64,000 bases of DNA from the NCBI GenBank assembly GCA_964459155.1, contig CAYWKF010000011.1, positions 84,011-148,010 of the forward strand, in the 5' to 3' direction. The position numbers and the translations under genes were made by a program. Source of the DNA: an uncultured Desulfobacterales bacterium (GTDB lineage: Bacteria > Desulfobacterota > Dissulfuribacteria > Dissulfuribacterales > JALVPX01). Below, one piece after another: positions 42,471 to 53,219 of this stretch; position 1 is the first letter of the stretch, and each line of letters begins with the position of its first letter. Under the pieces are notes generated by a model. It was given only the letters and a program-made list of their open reading frames with translations. It was not told where the DNA came from and ran no database searches.

Positions 42471-45434
42471 TTACAAGTCAGTGATTTTCATCTCTTTGAT
42501 CCCCGCATCTTCCAGTCTTTCCCTGCTGGATAGAACACATACGGAAGGCTTTTCAAAAGCAGGAGCAAGGATTTCTTTGTTCACCTTTTTTATCTGCTCC
42601 CCTGAGCAAGCCATCAACCTAAGCCTGAAGCCTTTTCTGAATTGATAGTCCTGGCCTGTGAGAAATCGTTCAAGGGCGATTCCCACTGCACTGCCAGGCC
42701 TTATGGGTTTATCCAGGCCTTTTATGGAACCAATTATATATTGTTCCACAGCCTTGGGTGAGATGTCCATCTCCTTATCTATGAATTCGAAGGTCTTTTT
42801 AAAGGTTTCGATGGTTTCCACTATGAAGGGGTCCCTGTAGCTCCAGAAATCAAATACCCCTTGTAGGCTGTTAAATTCTGCTCTCGCCCCATAGGCACCG
42901 CCATGTACCCTTATTTTCTCCCACAGATAACCGTAGCTGAGCTGAGTGCTCAAGAGGGCAAGAATTGGAGCATCTTGATGGGAGGCACTGATGCTTTTTG
43001 CGGCCAAGGCAACAAAGGCTACATCGGCAGGTGTGGCCAAACCGTCCAACGAGCCCTGTGAAGGCTCAAAGGTAGTTCCTGAATCAGACACTTCGGTCTT
43101 GGGCAAAACTTGGAGGTCCTCCATGAGTCTTTGCCTGAAACAGTCAAAATTTTCCATTGTACCAACAAAACTTACAGTAATACGGTTTGTTGCCTTAATG
43201 AATTCATTTATTTCGTTAAGTTTGTATATCAGCTCATCAGCGTTTGAATCAAAGTCTTGGAGCAACATGTCAAAAAGCTTGAGTTGCGTTACGCCGCTTA
43301 TTCTTTCCGAAACTTCACAATTCTTTGAAAGGTTCCGGGAGGCAAACAGAGCAGCATATCTGCCACCGTTGGGAATAATGGAGCTGCGTCTCGCTACCCG
43401 GCCCTGATAGAGCACGTCTTTGAGCCTTGCTTTGTCTGAGAAGTCAGGCTGAAGAAACCTCTCCTTCAATACGTCTGTCATCTTTTCTAGGTTTCGCTCA
43501 AGACCCTTGGTATAAAATGTCATGGCAGGTCGAAACAGGTCTGGTTCTTCAACCGTACCTTTTGAAGAAAGGCCAACTCCTATACCGCTGCAAACGGCTG
43601 CCTCCCTTTCTGCCATTTTTACATAATCATAGGGGCCTGCGCCCATTTTCACCACAGCATCACCATATACGGGCAGATAATCGATGAGGTCTTCACTGAT
43701 ACCTCTCAAATCTACTGAAATTGCTATGTAGTTCAGCCCATTTGAAAATATGTCTGTGTGGAGAAACAGCACGCCACTTGCCGCCTCTGTCGAAGTTGGA
43801 AGCTCTATGGGTTCTTCAGGCACATCTGCCAAACTCAATCTAGGCAGTGTGGCCAAGGCATCGGGTGGATTTGGAGACATCTGCATTTTTTGGAGTCTTT
43901 TTGCCTCCTCAGCCAGCCGGCGAAGCTCGTCTTCAGACATCTTTGCCTTTATTTCGGCCAGTTTTTTGTTGAGAGCCTCCTCCTTTTTTGAAAGAAGTTC
44001 CTTATCTGGCACGAAGGTGAGAATGGAGTGATGCGGGTTGTCCACCAACTGTTCTTTTAATACTGATTCAAAAAAACCCGACTCCGTGCGATATCTGCTG
44101 CGCAATTCCTCCAGCAATTCCCTGACTTGTAGATTGATCAGAGGATCTGCGTCATATAGCCAAGAACGGTAGGTGCGATCCATCAGCCTCAGTGGATACA
44201 TCTCTTTTATTTCAAGGGATTCCATCTCTATTTGATGGAAGGCGGTTTCGAGTTTTTCAGGATCAAGCCCTTGTTCCACCTCCTTTTTGATGGTGTCATA
44301 TATGATCTTGACTATTTTTTCCTGGTACTCAGGTTCGGTGCCCTTGAGACCTACGGTGAAAAATGTGTCGCGCTGGTAATCGGCGTAGCCAGATTCTGTC
44401 AACTCTTCACCCAGTTGGGAATCGATGAGGGCTTTTCTGAGGGGTGAAGCTGGGTTGCCAAGGAGGTAGTAGTCCAAGACTTTCATGGCCAAAGTGGTTA
44501 TGGCGTCTGTTACATCGTTGGTCAAATATGTGACTACAACGGCACTTTTTTTTGCCGGACTCTCTTCATGGCCAATGGGGTAGGGTATCTTTTGATAGAT
44601 AGGCTTTCTCCATCTAGGCTGAAGGGGGATGGACGTGTCAATCTCTATGCGTGAAAATTGTCCCAGGCAATTTTCGTCTAGGAACTTTAGATGTTCTTCT
44701 GTTGGAATGTTTCCATAGACGAAAATCAAGGAATTTGACGGATGGTAGTAAGTCTTGTGAAATGCAACGAATTGCTCATACGTAAGCTCTGGAATTTTTT
44801 CAGGATCGCCTCCCGAGTCCAGGCCATAGGGCGTATCAGGGCAAATTGACCGGCTTGTGTAACGGCTTATGAGGTTGTCTAGGTCTGAATATGCCCCCTT
44901 CATCTCATTGTAGACTATACCTTTAATGATGAGTGGGGAATTTATGGGGTCATCGAGGTCCAGTGGCTCAAGATGGTGGCCTTCCTGCTTGAAATGTTCT
45001 TCGCGAAGCAGGGGAAAAAAGACGGCATCTGCATAGACTGAGGCTAGGTTGAAAAAGTCCTTTTTGTTAACGCTGGCACAAGGGTAAACGGTTTTGTCTG
45101 GATATGTCATGGCGTTCAAAAAAGTAGCCATGCTTGTCTTCAATAGTTCTACAAAGGGATCTTTCACTGGGTACTTCCTGGAGCCACACAATACGGTGTG
45201 TTCAAGAATATGGGGGAGGCCTGTATCATCTGGCGGTGGAGTTCTCAAAGCAATGGCAAAGAGATTTTCAGTGTCATTCGTATGAAGGTGAAGAAGTTTT
45301 GCTCCGCTTTTTTCATGTTCCAGCAGATATGCAACACATTGAATCGTTGGCAGAGGGGTTATCTTTATTGCCTTGAAGTTTTGGATCTTTTCACCTGGCT
45401 GGAGGGAAATAGAGGGTAGTTTTTCTTTACTCAT
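42471..45434 (-). CDS. M16C insulinase-family metallopeptidase (PreP/presequence-protease-like)
   Basis: Zinc motif HILEHTVLCGS (HxxEH). 987 aa, the four-domain size typical of M16C. Confidence 0.85.
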   Translation of the reverse strand: MSKEKLPSISLQPGEKIQNFKAIKITPLPTIQCVAYLLEHEKSGAKLLHLHTNDTENLFAIALRTPPPDDTGLPHILEHTVLCGSRKYPVKDPFVELLKTSMATFLNAMTYPDKTVYPCASVNKKDFFNLASVYADAVFFPLLREEHFKQEGHHLEPLDLDDPINSPLIIKGIVYNEMKGAYSDLDNLISRYTSRSICPDTPYGLDSGGDPEKIPELTYEQFVAFHKTYYHPSNSLIFVYGNIPTEEHLKFLDENCLGQFSRIEIDTSIPLQPRWRKPIYQKIPYPIGHEESPAKKSAVVVTYLTNDVTDAITTLAMKVLDYYLLGNPASPLRKALIDSQLGEELTESGYADYQRDTFFTVGLKGTEPEYQEKIVKIIYDTIKKEVEQGLDPEKLETAFHQIEMESLEIKEMYPLRLMDRTYRSWLYDADPLINLQVRELLEELRSRYRTESGFFESVLKEQLVDNPHHSILTFVPDKELLSKKEEALNKKLAEIKAKMSEDELRRLAEEAKRLQKMQMSPNPPDALATLPRLSLADVPEEPIELPTSTEAASGVLFLHTDIFSNGLNYIAISVDLRGISEDLIDYLPVYGDAVVKMGAGPYDYVKMAEREAAVCSGIGVGLSSKGTVEEPDLFRPAMTFYTKGLERNLEKMTDVLKERFLQPDFSDKARLKDVLYQGRVARRSSIIPNGGRYAALFASRNLSKNCEVSERISGVTQLKLFDMLLQDFDSNADELIYKLNEINEFIKATNRITVSFVGTMENFDCFRQRLMEDLQVLPKTEVSDSGTTFEPSQGSLDGLATPADVAFVALAAKSISASHQDAPILALLSTQLSYGYLWEKIRVHGGAYGARAEFNSLQGVFDFWSYRDPFIVETIETFKKTFEFIDKEMDISPKAVEQYIIGSIKGLDKPIRPGSAVGIALERFLTGQDYQFRKGFRLRLMACSGEQIKKVNKEILAPAFEKPSVCVLSSRERLEDAGIKEMKITDL

Positions 45435-45463
45435 CCTTTTCTCCTGATTGGAATGTTGATGCT

Positions 45464-48400
45464 CTATCGCAGAAAATTCAATGTGCGTTTTATATCATTC
45501 TGCGCCAGATAGAGCGCAGGTATTATAACCAGTGTTATTCCGGTGGCAAAAAGTATCCCAAAGGCCAGGCTGATAGCCATTGGAATGAGAAATTGCGCCT
45601 GGCGGCTGGTTTCGGTGAGCATGGGAACGAGTCCAAAGAAGGTGGTGAGAGAAGTGAGGAGTATGGGCCTGAACCTCCTAAGTGCAGCGGTCTTTACTGC
45701 GTGCAGCGGTGAGGCGCCATCTCTTCTTAGTCTGTTTGCGTAGTCTAGCAAGAGCAGGGAATCGTTTACTACCACCCCCGCCAGTGCCACCAAACCAAAC
45801 ATACTCATCATGGAGAGGTTTTTACCGAGCAGGAAGTGGCCCATGATGGCTCCAACAATGCCAAAGGGGATGGCAGCCATTATCAATAGTGGTTGAAAAT
45901 AACTCCTGAAGGGGATGGCAAGTAGGCCATACATTGCAATCAATGCCATTAGAAAGCCGTGCTTGAGACTCTGCATGGATTCACGGCTACGCTTTGATTC
46001 GCCCATCAGCTTGATTCTAAGGCCTGGATAATCAGACTTCATCCTGGGAAACAGATTTTTTTTCAAATCAGCCAGTATCTCTTCAGGATTGGCTTTTTTT
46101 TCATCCACGTTGGCAGTGACGTCTACAATCCTGACTCCATCCGCATGGCTTATAACGTTGTATCCCCTTCCCAGTGTCAGAAAAGCGGCCTGCTGTAATG
46201 GGATTTCAGTTCCATCTTGCTTGATGATCCACAAATTTTTGAGGTTCCACAAAGACCGTCTCTCATACTCCGGCAGCCTCACCATAACCCATACCTCGTT
46301 GGGGCCACGCATCATCCTCAAGGCAGTTGCACCGTAAAAGGCGCTTCTGACCTGTGTGCCGAGATCCTTTTCTGTGACACCCAGGGAAGCAGCCTCCGGC
46401 CTTAGGGTGATTTTTACTTCCTTTTTCCCCTTGGCAAGACTGTTTGCAATATCCGTTACTCCAGGATATTGGGAAAGCGCGGTTTCCATTTCTAGGGCGG
46501 CTTTTTCTAATACATTGAAATCATTATGATAAATTCTTATATCTATGTTGTCGCCCATATGGATGAGATCACTTTGAAAGGCGATAAATTCCACCCCAGG
46601 CATGGGACCAACCAGCCCTCTCCAGTAGTTGGAAATTTGCCTGGTAGTGGTATGGCGTTCTCCAGAAGGAATCAAATAAAAAGAGAGCCTGCCCTTGTTC
46701 TCTCCACCGTCGCCCACAAGGGAATAAACGTGTTTCAAAAGTTTGTACCCTTCCTGTCTTTCGAAATGGGCTATTGCAGCAAGCCCCTTTTCTTCCACCA
46801 TTTTCATCACCTTGGCAGTCTCTTCAGCCGATGTCCCAGGCACCATTTGTATATGCACTTTTATGGTGTCCGATTCCACCTTTGGGAAAAAACGGTATTT
46901 TATTATACCGCCGCCCACCATTCCGGCTGTGACGATGATTGAGCCCAATGCCCAGGCTATGGTGGCATAACGGTATTTGAGCATCCAATCCAACATGGAA
47001 GAAAATGGGCCGTTTACGAATCTGCTTAAGCCCTTTTCAAAGGCACTGCTTATGGAATTGAGCCATTTGATGGGCCACCACTCTTCTTCAAGCTCTTTCG
47101 GCCTTTGGTTCAGGTGGGCTGGTAGTATCAGCAAAGATTCCACGAGCGATAGGAGAAATATTGTTATTGCCACTTTGGCAATTACAGATATGAATTTGCC
47201 CATGGAGCCTGAAACGAATAGGAGAGGTGAAAAGGCGGTTATTGTGGTGAGCACTGCGAATATCACCGGCACTGCCACCTCTGCTGCTCCGTCTACGGCT
47301 GCCTGGTAATAATCTTTGCCTCGAAAACGCTGTTCATAGATGTTTTCTCCTACCACTATGGCGTCATCCACCACTATTCCCAATGCCATGATGAAGGCAA
47401 ATAGCGATATCATGTTGATGGAGAGGCCCATGGCTGGCATTAGGAATAACGCCCCTAGAAAGGATATGGGGATACCAAGCATTACCCAAAAGGCAAGTCT
47501 GATCTGTAAAAAAAGGCCAAGTATGACAATAACTAGACACAGGCCGGTGAGACCGTTCTTGACTAAAAGATCGAGCCTGCTTTTCAGGATTTCAGCCCTG
47601 TCATTCCAGATGGCTAAGTGAAGGCTTGGCGGCATCAACCTTTCATGTTCGGCAATGTAGCGTCTTACCGCCCTCGAAATATCTTTTGGCTTCTCCTTCC
47701 CCACCCTGAAAATCTCGATCATGGCACATGGTTTCGAATCAAAAGTGGAATAGATGCCCACATCCCGGAAGCCGTCTGTAATTTGGGCAATATTTTTGAG
47801 CCTTACCTCATCATAGCCATTCGAGACAATGGTGATGTCCCCATATTCCCTACCATGGTATCTTCGCTCTTTGGTGCGCAAAAGGGTCCTGGTTCTCTTG
47901 TCGTCGATGTCACCTCCAGGGATGTCTCTCGATGCTTCCGACACCCTGGCAGCAATTTGGGAAAGATTGAGACCATATTTCCTCAAGTTGGACTGGGGAA
48001 CTTCAATGGAGATTTCGTAGGGCCGCAAGCCCCGTAACTCTATCTGGGATATTTCAGGAAGGGCCAGGAGGTCATCTTTTATCTTCTCAGCCCAATAGTG
48101 GAGGGTGGCCTCTGGCACATCCCCGTACAGGGCCAAATAGAGAACCTGCCTTCGCCTTGTCAATTTTCGTATGATGGGTTTCTCTGCTTCTTTGGGGAAT
48201 GTGACGATCTGATCTATTTCATTCTTGATGTCCTGAAGGGCGAGGTCAGGGTTTCTGTTCTCATATATCTCGGCAGTAACAATGCCTATCCCTTCCTTTG
48301 CAGTTGACCTTATCTCCTTTATCGAATCGAGGCCAGACAGTCGCTCTTCGATGGGTAATATTATGCCTTCTTCAATCTCTTCAGGCCCCGCCCCCAAGTA

Positions 48401-48553
48401 GGCCACCGAAATCTCTACAAGGTCAAGCTCAATATCCGGAAAGATCTCCTGCTTGATGGAACCTGCCATGATGAGACCCCCAACGATAAAAAAGAGCATG
48501 AGCAGGTTTGCAGCCACATGGTTGCCTGCCATCCATTTGATGAGGGCCTTCAT
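45464..48553 (-). CDS. RND efflux transporter, inner-membrane permease (AcrB family)
   Basis: 1029 aa with a 12-TM layout and two large periplasmic loops. Conserved VVDDAIVVGENI and VVNDSLLLLDY motifs. Confidence 0.9.
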   Translation of the reverse strand: MKALIKWMAGNHVAANLLMLFFIVGGLIMAGSIKQEIFPDIELDLVEISVAYLGAGPEEIEEGIILPIEERLSGLDSIKEIRSTAKEGIGIVTAEIYENRNPDLALQDIKNEIDQIVTFPKEAEKPIIRKLTRRRQVLYLALYGDVPEATLHYWAEKIKDDLLALPEISQIELRGLRPYEISIEVPQSNLRKYGLNLSQIAARVSEASRDIPGGDIDDKRTRTLLRTKERRYHGREYGDITIVSNGYDEVRLKNIAQITDGFRDVGIYSTFDSKPCAMIEIFRVGKEKPKDISRAVRRYIAEHERLMPPSLHLAIWNDRAEILKSRLDLLVKNGLTGLCLVIVILGLFLQIRLAFWVMLGIPISFLGALFLMPAMGLSINMISLFAFIMALGIVVDDAIVVGENIYEQRFRGKDYYQAAVDGAAEVAVPVIFAVLTTITAFSPLLFVSGSMGKFISVIAKVAITIFLLSLVESLLILPAHLNQRPKELEEEWWPIKWLNSISSAFEKGLSRFVNGPFSSMLDWMLKYRYATIAWALGSIIVTAGMVGGGIIKYRFFPKVESDTIKVHIQMVPGTSAEETAKVMKMVEEKGLAAIAHFERQEGYKLLKHVYSLVGDGGENKGRLSFYLIPSGERHTTTRQISNYWRGLVGPMPGVEFIAFQSDLIHMGDNIDIRIYHNDFNVLEKAALEMETALSQYPGVTDIANSLAKGKKEVKITLRPEAASLGVTEKDLGTQVRSAFYGATALRMMRGPNEVWVMVRLPEYERRSLWNLKNLWIIKQDGTEIPLQQAAFLTLGRGYNVISHADGVRIVDVTANVDEKKANPEEILADLKKNLFPRMKSDYPGLRIKLMGESKRSRESMQSLKHGFLMALIAMYGLLAIPFRSYFQPLLIMAAIPFGIVGAIMGHFLLGKNLSMMSMFGLVALAGVVVNDSLLLLDYANRLRRDGASPLHAVKTAALRRFRPILLTSLTTFFGLVPMLTETSRQAQFLIPMAISLAFGILFATGITLVIIPALYLAQNDIKRTLNFLR

Positions 48554-49734
48554 TTGATAGGTTCAGCCTCCACGATTCTGAGCTTCATGCCTGGGGCAGC
48601 ACCAAGCAGGGGACTGATAACGATTTTTTCTCCGTCGGCAATCTCTTTTCCAATGATGACAGTGCGCTTGTCCTCCCATATTGGTTTGACTTGGCGTATC
48701 TCCAGCCTGCCGGTGCTGGAAACCACATAAACGTTGTTGCCTTCACGCAGGGCAGAAGCGGGCAGAGGGAAACCTGTTACTTTCTTCCCCCTGATCATTA
48801 TGTGGACAAAAGTTCCAAAAGGCAGGACTGGGCCTGGGGTGGCTTCTTTGTTGGCGTGAAGCAAATAGGGGTCTTGCACGTCGATAAATAGGTGGGTAAG
48901 TCTCGTTTTTTCCTCGATCTGGCCAGAAGACCTGCTAACCAGGCCAGTCCTTACCTCATTAAATGAATCATTTAGCGCTATTTCTACCCTGGATGGTTCC
49001 TGTCCACCAGATCCCACTGATGGCAAAGTAATCCACTTTAGATCCATGAGCAGAATGGGGGCCTTGACCTCGGCCCTATCGGTTCCAGCAATCACGCCTA
49101 CGGCCTCACCAGCTTTTACATAGTGACCTGTATCGATTCCTTCTTCGAGAACGATGCAATTAAAAGGTGCCGTTACCGATGTGCGCTTGAGGTCGAGCAT
49201 GGCCTTGTTCACCTCTGCTTTAGCCGATTCCACTTGGGCCTTGGCATTTTCTATTTGCGGCTTCATGAGCACCAGAGGAGGAGGTTCCTCCTCAGACCTG
49301 TTTTGCATCCTCCATTCCCGTTTGGCTACCTCGGCCCTGGCCTCCATGATCTCAAGGTCGAGCTTCGCCTTTGCCAGCCTTGCCTTGGCTTTCTGAAGGA
49401 GGTACCGATAGTCTGCCTCTTCGATTTTGAAAAACAGTTCTCCTTTTTTGAAAAATCCACCTTCCAGGAACTTCTCTGAGACATGCTCAATCTTGCCACT
49501 CACCTGAGGGGTAATCTTTGCTTGGAGCTTGGGCTTAACACTCCCTGTGGAGTAGATTGGAAGAGGGATTTGCTGTTCTTTTGCAACCACCACTTCAACA
49601 GGCACCCCTGTCTGTTCTGCCTGGCGGCGCTCCGGAGGTTTTCTTAAACCAATGAGGAGATAGGCGACGTATAAAGCGGCGGTCAAAATCATCAAGGGAA
49701 GCACTATTTTTATGACAAGCCTCTTTTTACTCAT
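48550..49734 (-). CDS. RND efflux periplasmic adaptor (MFP/HlyD family)
   Basis: N-terminal TM, a coiled-coil hairpin (AKARLAKAKLDLE..AKAQVESAKAEVNKA), and the motif TSVTAPFNCIV. It has 4-nt overlaps with both neighbours. Confidence 0.85.
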   Translation of the reverse strand: MSKKRLVIKIVLPLMILTAALYVAYLLIGLRKPPERRQAEQTGVPVEVVVAKEQQIPLPIYSTGSVKPKLQAKITPQVSGKIEHVSEKFLEGGFFKKGELFFKIEEADYRYLLQKAKARLAKAKLDLEIMEARAEVAKREWRMQNRSEEEPPPLVLMKPQIENAKAQVESAKAEVNKAMLDLKRTSVTAPFNCIVLEEGIDTGHYVKAGEAVGVIAGTDRAEVKAPILLMDLKWITLPSVGSGGQEPSRVEIALNDSFNEVRTGLVSRSSGQIEEKTRLTHLFIDVQDPYLLHANKEATPGPVLPFGTFVHIMIRGKKVTGFPLPASALREGNNVYVVSSTGRLEIRQVKPIWEDKRTVIIGKEIADGEKIVISPLLGAAPGMKLRIVEAEPIK

Positions 49735-51185
49735 TTTTTCAATCCTGCCTGCTCTATCTCTTCATGCATCCACCTGCCGCCCAATGCCCTGGCAAGCTGG
49801 ATTCTGCCCAAGATACGTAGCCTCTTGGCCTCCACCAGACCTATCTGTACCTTGGCATGGGTCGATTGTGCCTCCAGAACAGGCAAAAAGGTATCCACCC
49901 CCAAGGTGTACTGTTCGAGGGCCATTCTAAGACTTGACTCGGAGGCCTTTAATCTTTTTTTGAGGATATTGTAATTTTGATCTGCCGATTTTATGGCAAC
50001 AAGGGCGTTTTCCACGTCTTTAAAGCCTTCGAGCACGGCCTTTCTGTATTTTGCCAACGCTTCCTCCAGTTGAGCCTTTTTTGACTCTACCTCTGCTGCT
50101 CTTTTGCCTGCGTCAAAAATGGGCTGGACACCGGTCGCCACGATTGACCACAATATTTTGGAAAAATCAAACAACCTTGACAATTCTTGTTCCTCATACC
50201 ATAGACTCCCAAGGATATTGAAGGAAGGAAACCTTTCTGCCACTGCCTGTGCTACTTTTGCATCCAACGCTTTCACCCTGAGAAGAGAGGCGCTTATGTC
50301 TGGTCTGTTCAAAAGCAAGTCGGCAGGCAGGCCTTGTTCAAAAGAAAAATCGGGTTCAGCCAAGAAGTTCGTGTCTTTCAGTGCATCCAGGGGCTGGAAA
50401 GAGCCAATCAAAAGTGCAAGGCTGTTTCTGGCCGTCTCTAGCTCCTTTTCCAAAATAGGCAGCTCGGCCTCGGCTCCCAGAAGATTTTGCCTGGCCTGAT
50501 AGAGGTCTAGGGCACTAACTAAACCAGCAGCATATCTAGCCTCAACGAGTTCCACACTTTCTTGAAAAGACTTGATTATCTTGGAGGTCAAAACAATTTT
50601 CTCTTTTGTTGCAACCAACTTGAAAAAGGCCTCTGCCGTCTGTGCAGAAATAGTCAAAAAGGCTGTGCGAAGATCGGCCTCTGAAGCAGATGCTTCAAGC
50701 AGTGCCGCCTGACGTAAGGATGAAAGTTTGTGCCACAGGTCGATCTCATAGGAGGCGGCCAAACCTATTTTGAATAAATTTGAAGTGATGCTGTCACTGC
50801 CTACTTTACGGCTCGACCGGCCTGCCGACGCCTCAAGATCAAGAGAGGGCCACAAAGACGCTCCCGCCTTCTTGTTAATTGCTTCAGCCTGTTTCAACCT
50901 GGAGAAGGCTATTTTCAGATCAAGGTTGCCTTGAAAAGCCTTTTCCATTATTAGATTCAACGATGGATTGTGAAAATTTTCCCACCATCTGAATGTTGAC
51001 ACAAACTTTGTGATACTTTGGCTGTTTTTATTGTAAAAATGTATGGGAAGTTGGATATTAGTTGAAACATTTGAACGATGAGGCGCACAAGCCCCTAACG
51101 TGAGCAGCAAGAGAGACAATACAATGGCAGCATGCTTAATGCCGGTAAATGTGGCCCTTGATTTGTTAACCGCAAAGTTTTTCAT
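49731..51185 (-). CDS. RND efflux outer-membrane factor lipoprotein (NodT/TolC family)
   Basis: Lipobox LLTLGAC, followed by duplicated TolC-type repeats. The ATG at 51185 is preferred; the ORF is open to 51221. Confidence 0.85.
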   Translation of the reverse strand: MKNFAVNKSRATFTGIKHAAIVLSLLLLTLGACAPHRSNVSTNIQLPIHFYNKNSQSITKFVSTFRWWENFHNPSLNLIMEKAFQGNLDLKIAFSRLKQAEAINKKAGASLWPSLDLEASAGRSSRKVGSDSITSNLFKIGLAASYEIDLWHKLSSLRQAALLEASASEADLRTAFLTISAQTAEAFFKLVATKEKIVLTSKIIKSFQESVELVEARYAAGLVSALDLYQARQNLLGAEAELPILEKELETARNSLALLIGSFQPLDALKDTNFLAEPDFSFEQGLPADLLLNRPDISASLLRVKALDAKVAQAVAERFPSFNILGSLWYEEQELSRLFDFSKILWSIVATGVQPIFDAGKRAAEVESKKAQLEEALAKYRKAVLEGFKDVENALVAIKSADQNYNILKKRLKASESSLRMALEQYTLGVDTFLPVLEAQSTHAKVQIGLVEAKRLRILGRIQLARALGGRWMHEEIEQAGLKK

Positions 51186-51265
51186 AGCTCTTTTAATGTC
51201 GAGACAAAGTTGGTTATACAAAAAAAAACGCTCAATTGGTATATAAAGATAGACAGGAAGAGACC

Positions 51266-52177
51266 ATGAAGCTTAAAAAGGCGATCATAACTGGAGGTTC
51301 TGGATTCATAGGGCGTCACTTGGTTAAATTGGTGCCAGAGCCCATAGTAGTAGGAAGGAGCAGCAAAAAACTCCAAAAGGTTCTTCCCAATGTACAAAGC
51401 CTTGAATGGCACCCTCCTGAGCTCATTTCAAAGGAAGTGTTCGATGATGTTGATGTGGTTTTTCATCTGGCCGGGGAAAATATTTATAAGGGCCGCTGGA
51501 ACGAAGAGAAAAAGAAAAGGATTTTTGAATCAAGGCAGGTGGGTACGCGGACAATAGTTGAATCTATGTGCCAGGCAAAGAACCGCCCCAAAGTCCTGAT
51601 TAGCTCGTCTGCAGTGGGATATTATGGCGACCGTGGCGATGAAGAGCTCACCGAAGACTTTGGCCCAGGTTCTGGCTTTCTTGCCGAGGTGTGTCAAATG
51701 TGGGAAATGGAAGCCATGAGGGCCACTAGTTGCGGAGTCAGGGTTGTTCCGATACGCACAGGTATCGTTTTGGGTAGGGATGGAGGGGCCTTGGTAGAAA
51801 TGCTGAAGGTGTTCAGGTTTGGGCTGGGCGGCAAGCTGGGAAAAGGGAATCAGTACATGTCTTGGATTCATATAGAAGACCTGGTCTCCATAATGACCTA
51901 TTGTGCTCAGACTGACACGATATCAGGGCCTGTAAATGCGGTCTCACCAAATCCGGTGACCAACAAGGAATTTACAAAGACACTTGCCAAGGTGCTGAGA
52001 CGCCCTGCCTTTATGACTGTTCCTGCCACCCTGTTGAAATTGGTTCTTGGCGAATTTGCAGATGCGGTACTGACTTCCCAACGTGCCTTGCCTCAAAAAC
52101 TCTTGAATTCAGGCTATCAATTCAGGTATCCTTCTTTGCAAGATGCTCTTACCAATTTGTTGAGAAAGGAACGATGA
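51266..52177 (+). CDS. TIGR01777/YfcH-type NAD-dependent epimerase-family protein (SDR plus DUF1731)
   Basis: ITGGSGFIGRHL Rossmann motif and the C-terminal SQRALPQKLLNSGYQFRYPSL tail typical of DUF1731. Confidence 0.8.
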   Translation: MKLKKAIITGGSGFIGRHLVKLVPEPIVVGRSSKKLQKVLPNVQSLEWHPPELISKEVFDDVDVVFHLAGENIYKGRWNEEKKKRIFESRQVGTRTIVESMCQAKNRPKVLISSSAVGYYGDRGDEELTEDFGPGSGFLAEVCQMWEMEAMRATSCGVRVVPIRTGIVLGRDGGALVEMLKVFRFGLGGKLGKGNQYMSWIHIEDLVSIMTYCAQTDTISGPVNAVSPNPVTNKEFTKTLAKVLRRPAFMTVPATLLKLVLGEFADAVLTSQRALPQKLLNSGYQFRYPSLQDALTNLLRKER

Positions 52178-52183
52178 CTGGAA

Positions 52184-53194
52184 GTGGTGTTTTGGAAAAA
52201 TTGTTGCCTCGTTCTTGCCCTGGTTTTTCTCCTAGGTCCAACAAGTCGTGCCAAAGCAGGAGGGCCTGGTCCAGACTATATTCCTCAAGATAGAGATATT
52301 GCCACCAGGGTTTATGCCCAAGTGGTCAGCACGCCTTGCCCTGTATTCCGCAACCCATGTGACGATCTAGAAGGCTGCAAGCCGGTCCGTTTTCTTGAAG
52401 GTGATTTCGTTTGGGTAAGCCTCGAGAGTCCTGACCCAGTAGATTCAGGCGGGCAACTCTGGTATTTGATCAATCCGGGTGAATTTGTTCCGTCTGAGTA
52501 TTTGTTGATCAAACCAGTTTCACAGTTCAATGGAATATCAATCAAGGAAGATCAATTTTTCCCCTTTGCGTGGGTAATAATGGATGCCTACATTACTCAA
52601 AATCCAGGCAGCTATTTCAACCCGTCCGACAAGCCGATAGCAAAATATACCATGATAAAGATTCTTCAGGCAAAAAGGATAGGCAGATGGAACTGGTACA
52701 GGATAGATGACAACTGGTGGATAGAACAGAGGATGGTTGCCATGGTTCAGGCGAGGCCAAGGCCTGAAGGCATCGGACCTGATGAAAAATGGATCGACGC
52801 AGATTTATATGAGCAGACAATATGTGCCTACGAGGGTGACAAAATGGTCTATGCGACACTGATTTCTTCAGGCGTGCGAGACTATGAAACAGTCCAAGGC
52901 AAGTACAGGATATGGATTAAGGCCCGTTCCGCGAAAATGAGCGGAGGGGAAAAAGAGGGCACCAGATATTTTCTTGAGGACGTGCCGTACCACATGTACT
53001 TTTTGAGCAACTATGCAATACATGGGGTTTACTGGCACAACCGTTTTGGAACCAGGCAATCGCATGGGTGCCTCAATGTATCTTTAAAAGATGCGAGATG
53101 GTTTTTTTATTGGACCCACCCTGTTCCATCCACAAAGTCGAATTGGACCAAGGCTACGGCCCAGGATCCTGGAACGTGGGTTGTAGTCCATTAA
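52184..53194 (+). CDS. L,D-transpeptidase (YkuD domain) with an N-terminal SH3-like region
   Basis: The catalytic motif ..IHGVYWHNRFGTRQSHGCLNVSLKDARWFF (HxxxxxxxxSHGC) and a signal peptide VVFWKNCCLVLALVFLLGPTSRA. Confidence 0.8.
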   Translation: MVFWKNCCLVLALVFLLGPTSRAKAGGPGPDYIPQDRDIATRVYAQVVSTPCPVFRNPCDDLEGCKPVRFLEGDFVWVSLESPDPVDSGGQLWYLINPGEFVPSEYLLIKPVSQFNGISIKEDQFFPFAWVIMDAYITQNPGSYFNPSDKPIAKYTMIKILQAKRIGRWNWYRIDDNWWIEQRMVAMVQARPRPEGIGPDEKWIDADLYEQTICAYEGDKMVYATLISSGVRDYETVQGKYRIWIKARSAKMSGGEKEGTRYFLEDVPYHMYFLSNYAIHGVYWHNRFGTRQSHGCLNVSLKDARWFFYWTHPVPSTKSNWTKATAQDPGTWVVVH

Positions 53195-53219
53195 AGTTTA
53201 GGGTTAAGAGGCTCGATGG